In this document: positions 58,343 through 64,000 of the stretch, piece by piece | Numbering within the stretch: the first letter of the stretch is position 1 | Layout: each line of letters begins with the position of its first letter | Source of the DNA: Rhizaria sp. SCN 62-66 | Taxonomy: Eukaryota | Length of the DNA: 64,000 nucleotides | Reading direction: 5' to 3' | Assembly (NCBI GenBank): GCA_001724265.1 | Contig: MEDY01000015.1 | Location: 1 to 64,000 of the forward strand | Translations under genes and position numbers: made by a program | The notes under the pieces: model-generated | Told to the model about the DNA's origin: nothing | Database searches by the model: none | Seen by the model: the letters and a program-made list of their open reading frames with translations, nothing else

Positions 58343-61300
58343 ATGAGCGGGTCCGGCGGCAGCGCCAACCCCGCAGTCCACCTCTCGCAGCCGCCTATGA
58401 TGTCTTTGAACCGCCTGGGCCTTATCCGGTCTCGCGACGACCCCGCAGTGACAGGCGCCGCCCTGCCAGAGTTCTCAGGATTCCGCCCCGGTAAGAGCCT
58501 CACACAGCGCACCACCAGTGCCTCTGCCGCCGCCGCTGCGGTCGCCGCTGCGGCTGCTGGGTCTGCTGCGGGCACCGATGTTTCCACCTTGCTGCCACGG
58601 TCCTCGTACTCAGCGGCCTCCGCAGGTTTGCGCATCCTCGCCCCGCGCGGGCCCTCAGCAGCAGTTGGGGCAAGTTCTACCGCTACTGTCTCAGGCTCTG
58701 TTATTCCGGTGTCCTCAGCCGCGTCTGTGGCTTCCGCCTCGTTTGACGCGCATTTGCTCAAGCATGCCGAGCGCAGGCTTAACGCGCCTCTGCCCGCCGC
58801 GCCCCCGGGCCCCCACTTTGGCTCCACACAGCTCCTCCCAAGCTCGACGTCGTCAGCCGCTGCCGCAGCAGCCTCCAGTGCCTCAGGCGCAATGTCCGCC
58901 CGCGTCCTGACGTCCCGCGGTGGTGGGAACACTGGCGGCGGACTTGTGTTCTCTTCCGACGCGGCCCCCAATGTGTCGGACCCGGTCTTCGGCACGCGCC
59001 CCACGCGTACCCGCGCCGTAGGCACATCTGACTGGACCGCCCCCGCGCCCCCGCCGCCGCCGCCGCAGCACATGCACAACCGCCCTTCGACAACCTCCTC
59101 GTCTGCTGCTGCTGCTGTGCCACCGGGGCAGTTGCCTCAACACGGCCCCATCGCTGCTGCCGGGAACACGGGAGCTTCTGCTGCCCACGGTCCCGCCGTG
59201 CCCACGGTCACTTCGTTCGGACTCGGAGGCGCCCCTTTGCCTGGCAACGGCGGCAACGTTATGCACGCCAACACAGGCATGATCGCGACATCCTCCGCTT
59301 TCCCCGATAGCTCAAACGCAAACCCAACCTCGGCGTCGAGTTCCTCCAGCTCTGGTTCTGGTTCGAGCTCTTCTGGCTCCGGCGCGGGCTCGGGCGCGTT
59401 GTCGCGCGAGAGCGAAGGCACCGCGTTCCAGCACTGGCTCGACGCGTCCCTCAAAGCGCGCGGCTTAGCCTCACAGCTCACCTCGGCCGCCGTGGCCCAC
59501 GAGCGGCTTGAGTTCGAGAACGCGCTGCTGCGGCGCCGCGCGCTATCGTCAGCGCCCGCCGCTGCGGTCCGCGAGCTCGAGGCCGCTGCGGGCGCGATGG
59601 CCCAACGGCTGCAGCAGCTCGAGGCGCTGTACGCCGCCGCCGTCGAAGAGCGTGCTCAGTTGCTCTCAGCGATCGCCGCGGCCGAGAGCGCCGGCGACGC
59701 GGCGCGGGCGCAGGCCGACGCCGCGGAGCGCGCTGCCAGCGAGACGCGCGCGCTCGAGGCCGAGGCGGCGAAGCGCGTCGCGGAGCTGACGCGGAAGCTT
59801 GCGGCAGCCGACGTTTCGCGTGCACGGCTGGAACGCGACGCCGAGGCGCAGGCCCACGCAGTGGAGGCGGCGAGGCGCGCGCAGGCCGCCGCGGAGCAGG
59901 AGCGCGCACTGGCCGTCGCACGGGCCGCGGAGGCCGCGGCGGCCACAGGCGGGCGCGCGGCCGCGCTGGAGCAGGCCAAACGCGAACGGGATGCCGCCGT
60001 GGATGAGACGCTGCGGCTGGAGGCGGAGCTGCAGCGGACGGCGTTGGCACTGGCGGCTGCGGAGGACAGGTTGGCGCAGGCGGCGGCGGCAAAGTCACAA
60101 TCGGCGACGGAGCTGGAGCTGCAGCTGCGGCGGCAGAAGGAGGAGGCGGCCGAGTTCAAGTCAGCGGCTGGCAGGGCGCAGCTCAGGGCGGAGGAGCTCA
60201 CCAAGGAGATGCTCGCCCTCCAAGCCAAACACCAGGTAGGCATCAATCAATATATATCGCGATAGCAAGAGTTCCACGAACTTAATTTTGTTCATATCAA
60301 TGTATATATTGTATTTTTATTATTTTACGAAGCCATACTTTATCATAACTTACTCATGTTGATGTGTGCGCCAATTATTACTCTTTGCGCTCGTTTGACT
60401 TATACAGACCGAGATGGACGCCGGCGCGGGCCGACACGCGGAGACCGAAGCCCGCCGCGCCCGGCTCCAAATCGAGGCGGACGAGCTCACCCGTGCCCTC
60501 GCCGCCGAGCGCGCCACGGTCGCGGGGCTGCGGGACGACCTAGCTGCGGCGATGACTGCGAACGAGCTCGAGTCCCTGGCGCGCGCGTCTGCCGAGAAGG
60601 ACACCGCGTCTGAGCGCGCCAAGCGCGACGAAGCCGAACAGCAGGGCCGCGAGGCGCAGCGCCGCATCCAGCGCCTCACCGCGCAGCTTGAGACGGCCGA
60701 GACGCGCCGCGCCGCGACCGAGGCCGCCCGCCGCGCGGCTGAGGAGGCGCTCGCCGCGGCCAACCGCCGGCTAAAGGCTTTAGAGGCGGAACTCGCAGCC
60801 GCTAGAGCCGAGGCCGAGACGGCGGCGCAGCGGCAGACCGCGCTGGCTGACGCGCTGGCGGCGTCCGAGACGCGGCAGCGGGCCGCGGCGCTGGCGGCGG
60901 CGCAGCAGCAGGAGCGTTCGGCCCGCGAGGTCGCCGAGGCGCGCGCCGCACTGGCCGCCACCGCGCGCGCGCTGGAGCAGCAGCGGCAGCGCGGCGCGGA
61001 GCTGGAGCGGCAACACCTGGAGGCTGTCGCGAGCCAGATGGAGGAGCGGCGCCGCCACGAGGAAGGCATGGCGAAGCTCGTCGCGGCGGCCAAGCGGCTG
61101 CAGCGTCGCGGCGAGGAGTTTGACGCCGTTGTCGGCGCCAAGAACAGCGAGCTCGCCAAGGCGGACGAGCGCGCAAAACAGGCCGCGCGCGAGGCCGCTG
61201 CGGCGCGGTCCGAGGCCGAGCGCGCGCGCGCGGAGCTAATGGCGAAGCAAGAGCGTTTGCGCGCTGCCGAACAGCTTGTGCGCGAGCTCAACGACACCGA

Positions 61301-64000
61301 GAAGGGCGCCGCGCGCGCGCAGTTGACGGAGCTCCAGGCGCAGTCCCGCCGCCTGCAGAGCCAGAACACCGACCTACGCAACGACGTTATGCGTCTGCGG
61401 TCACTGGCCATGCTCGCCGAGGAGGCGCACAAAGACTGCGGTGAGACCATCCGGCGCTTGCGCGCACAACTGCCCTCGTCCGCGGCCGGCGCTGCCGTCG
61501 GCGCTGGCTCCGGCGGGTCGGGCGGAAAGCCGCACCCGTCGACGCCCAACTCCGGCGCCGCTGCGGGCTCGGCTGCGGGCGGCGGCTCGGGCTCGGGCTC
61601 GGTGTCGGCCGCCGCTGCCGCCGGTGGGGTCGGCGCCAGCGGCGGCGCGGGCTCCGGCGGCGGCTCGGCCGCGATGCCCGGCACGCCGGCGTCACTCGGC
61701 GCGGGCTCTGGCGCCGTGCCAGCCGGCCAGTTGGGCGGCCCCGGCGGCCTCGGCGGCATTGGTAGCGTCGGTTCTCCCGCGCTGTCCAACGTGGACCTCG
61801 AGCGCACCAACAGTGCTCTGCTGGCCACGCCTCGCCTGGGGCCCATCTCGCTCTCCCTGCTATCCCCGCCCGCCGGCTCCGGTGGGCCCACGACCGCGGC
61901 GACGACGACCCACGCCTCGGCTATGGCCGCCGCGGCCGCCGGCGAGGACCTGTTCGGCCTGTCCTCGGCCAGCGGCGGCGGCGTCGGCGGCAACCTCAAC
62001 CTGCTTGGTGCCGTTGGCGCCTCTGTCTCAGTCTCCGCGTCCTCGCTGTCGTCGCCGCGGTCGATGAGCGCAGGCCCCTCACGGTCATTCTCGGGCGCGT
62101 CACCGCGCGCCGCCACGGCCACACCGCGCGCGGGCGCGGGCGCCGGGGCGGGGGCCGGTGCGCGGTGGGCCGCTGGCGCCGGCGCTGCCAGTCAGCAGCA
62201 CCCTGGCGGCGCCCCGGGGCCCGGGTCCGCCCGGCGCGGCGGCGGGTCGCCAGGGTTCTCGACACCGGTGAACGGGGGCCGGATGGGTCGCGGGCGGCGG
62301 ACGCCGGGCGCCGGGGACAGCGGCTTCAGCCACAGCCTCACGAGTGCCGGAACCGGTGGGTACGGACACATGCAGCGCTGGGAGGAAGAAGAGGAGGAAC
62401 CCGAGAGTACCAATGCCCTCGTCGGTCACGGGTACGGGCGGCACGGCACCAAGCATCATCACAACGATGATGACGACGAAGACGATGGCGCTGGCATGGG
62501 CTCCGGCTACGGATACCGCGCCCCGCCCTCAGTGTCCCCGGTTCCGGGCGCGAGCACACTCGCGGGGGCCGGCAACACCCCGGGCACCGGCCGCCGCCAG
62601 TGGCGCAACAACAACAACGGCGCCAACCAGGCTGATGGCAACAGCGGCCGCGGCGGCGCTGGCGGCTTCTCGCCGTCGCCCGCCCCGTCCGGGACCAACA
62701 CACCGGGCTCGGCGGCTTCAGGCAGCGCCAGTCGCGCGCGCAGCCGCGTGTCGTTCACGTCCGGCAATGCCGGCAGCACCGCCGCCGCGCTTGCCCAGAC
62801 GGCGCCCGCCAGCGGCGCCGCTCGCGGGGTTCGGCCCTCGTCGTCCACCGCGTACAACAGCAACGCCGCCGGCGCTCGTAATAACACGGGCGTCGAGTTC
62901 GACGACGACGATGACGCCCCCCGCGTCTCCCCTCTCGCCAGCGGTGCAACCACGCAGCAGCAGCAGCAGCCGCGGCCCAGCACGACCTCCGGCACCGCCC
63001 GCCGCGACCTCACCGTCTCCCTCGCCACCCTCACCGCGCAGGCCACCGCGGCCGACGAAGGCACACGCGCGGCGCGCGCCGCCGCCGCCGCCTCGGCCGC
63101 GCTGGCCGCGGCGCGCGAGACGGAGCTGGCGCAGGCGCGGCAGGAGCTCGCGGCCGCCGCCGCCGCCGGCGCGACTGCCCGGTCTGAGCTGCGTGGGCTG
63201 TCTGTCGCCGCGCTGGAGCTCAAGCGACTCGCGGCGGCCCGCGGGGAGGACGCGCAGAAGCAGGCTGATGCCGCCAAGGCCGAGCGTGAGCGCGCAGAGG
63301 CGCTGCAGAAGAAGCTTGACCGCGCACGGGAGCTGTTGGCGACTGCGAACGGCAAGGATGGCAGCGACTTCGACGCGAGCGTTACGACTGATGAGCTCGT
63401 CGCGTTGCTGTCGGCGCCCGCGGACACTGACGGCAGCAGCAGCAGCAACGCCAATACAACTGAAAAGGACGACGGCTCTGCCTCCGCCGCCGCTTCTGAC
63501 TCCAGCAAGCCTCTCTCTCGCCCCGGGTCTGCTTCTGCTCGTAGTGGCGCCAAGGCGGCTGAACTGGTGTTGCCGGCCGCTGTTCTGCCGCGGTGGGCGT
63601 CCCAGCGCGCCCGCGCCCTCACTGTCCTGCGCTCAGCCCGGCTGCACACCGGCCTCACGGTCGACTCGTCACTGGCCGCCGCGGTCGCTCTGGCACACTC
63701 TGGCGCGCCGGGCGCGGCCGCGGCGTCCCAGGGCGTGCGCGTCACCTCGGTCGCGCCTGGCTCCCCCGCCGCGGTCGCGGGGATCGAAAGCGGGGATGCG
63801 GTCATCGCGGTCCTTGGCCGCCCGCTGCGCTCGATGAACACACTCTGCGCGAATTGCTCGAACAACAGCGCCGTCGCTGCGACGGCCGGGGCGGGCGCGC
63901 AAGGGGCGATCGCGCGCGCGTGCGCCGCGTGCTTGCAGGCGCGGTGGGCCGCCTTGTGGGCTGGCGTCGCCCCCGGTGACGCGGTGCCAGTGACCGTGCT
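58343..64000 (+). CDS. Long coiled-coil protein with PDZ domain near the window end (partial)
   Basis: Exon 58343-60235, intron, then exon 60408->64000 with no stop seen. E/A/R/L heptad-rich at ~59490-61470 and ~63030-63350. PDZ-like RLHTGLTV...GVRVTSVAPGSPAAVAGIESGDAVIAVLGRPL...PGDAVPVTV from ~63639. Confidence 0.85.
60236..60407 (+). other. Spliceosomal intron, 172 nt, phase 0
   Basis: CAG|GTAGGC...ATACAG|ACC; very AT-rich; joins two coiled-coil segments. Confidence 0.88.

Noticed and set aside
60350-63865. Long antisense and alternate-frame ORFs (60350-62122 -, 62344-63837 +, 62507-63865 -), and similar ones across the window
   Set aside because: Shadows of GC-rich, GCN-rich coding frames. 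The real frame is the open exon starting at 60408.
1-64000. CRISPR array, prokaryotic operon or defence system, intact transposon or viral insert
   Set aside because: No spaced direct repeats and no transposase, RT, integrase or capsid motifs. Spliceosomal introns and eukaryote-specific genes occur throughout.

Overview
Gene-dense eukaryotic (protist-like) genomic DNA. Exons are GC-rich and Ala/Ser-rich; spacers are AT-rich; introns are short (116-224 nt) GT-AG. I find 11 protein-coding genes, two cut by the window edges: a secreted precursor (partial), TRM11 tRNA methyltransferase, a probable degenerate DEAD-box-like protein, a TEY-type MAP kinase, LIS1, a giant (~5560 aa) Codanin-1-like protein, a PDI-type thioredoxin with a mitochondrial-like presequence, TRAPPC2L, a ~4800-codon membrane HAD/App1-like phosphatase with a CaaX box and one internal in-frame TAG, a large low-complexity protein, and a coiled-coil+PDZ protein (partial). 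Gene orientation alternates almost strictly. No tRNA, rRNA, CRISPR array or intact mobile element was recognised. Main points of interest: (1) TAG behaviour: one TAG sits inside a continuous reading frame, and the only terminal TAG is followed immediately by TAA; (2) conserved proteins are heavily inflated by low-complexity inserts; (3) none of nine splice donors has A at +4. All family assignments come from motifs recognised by eye, not from database searches.
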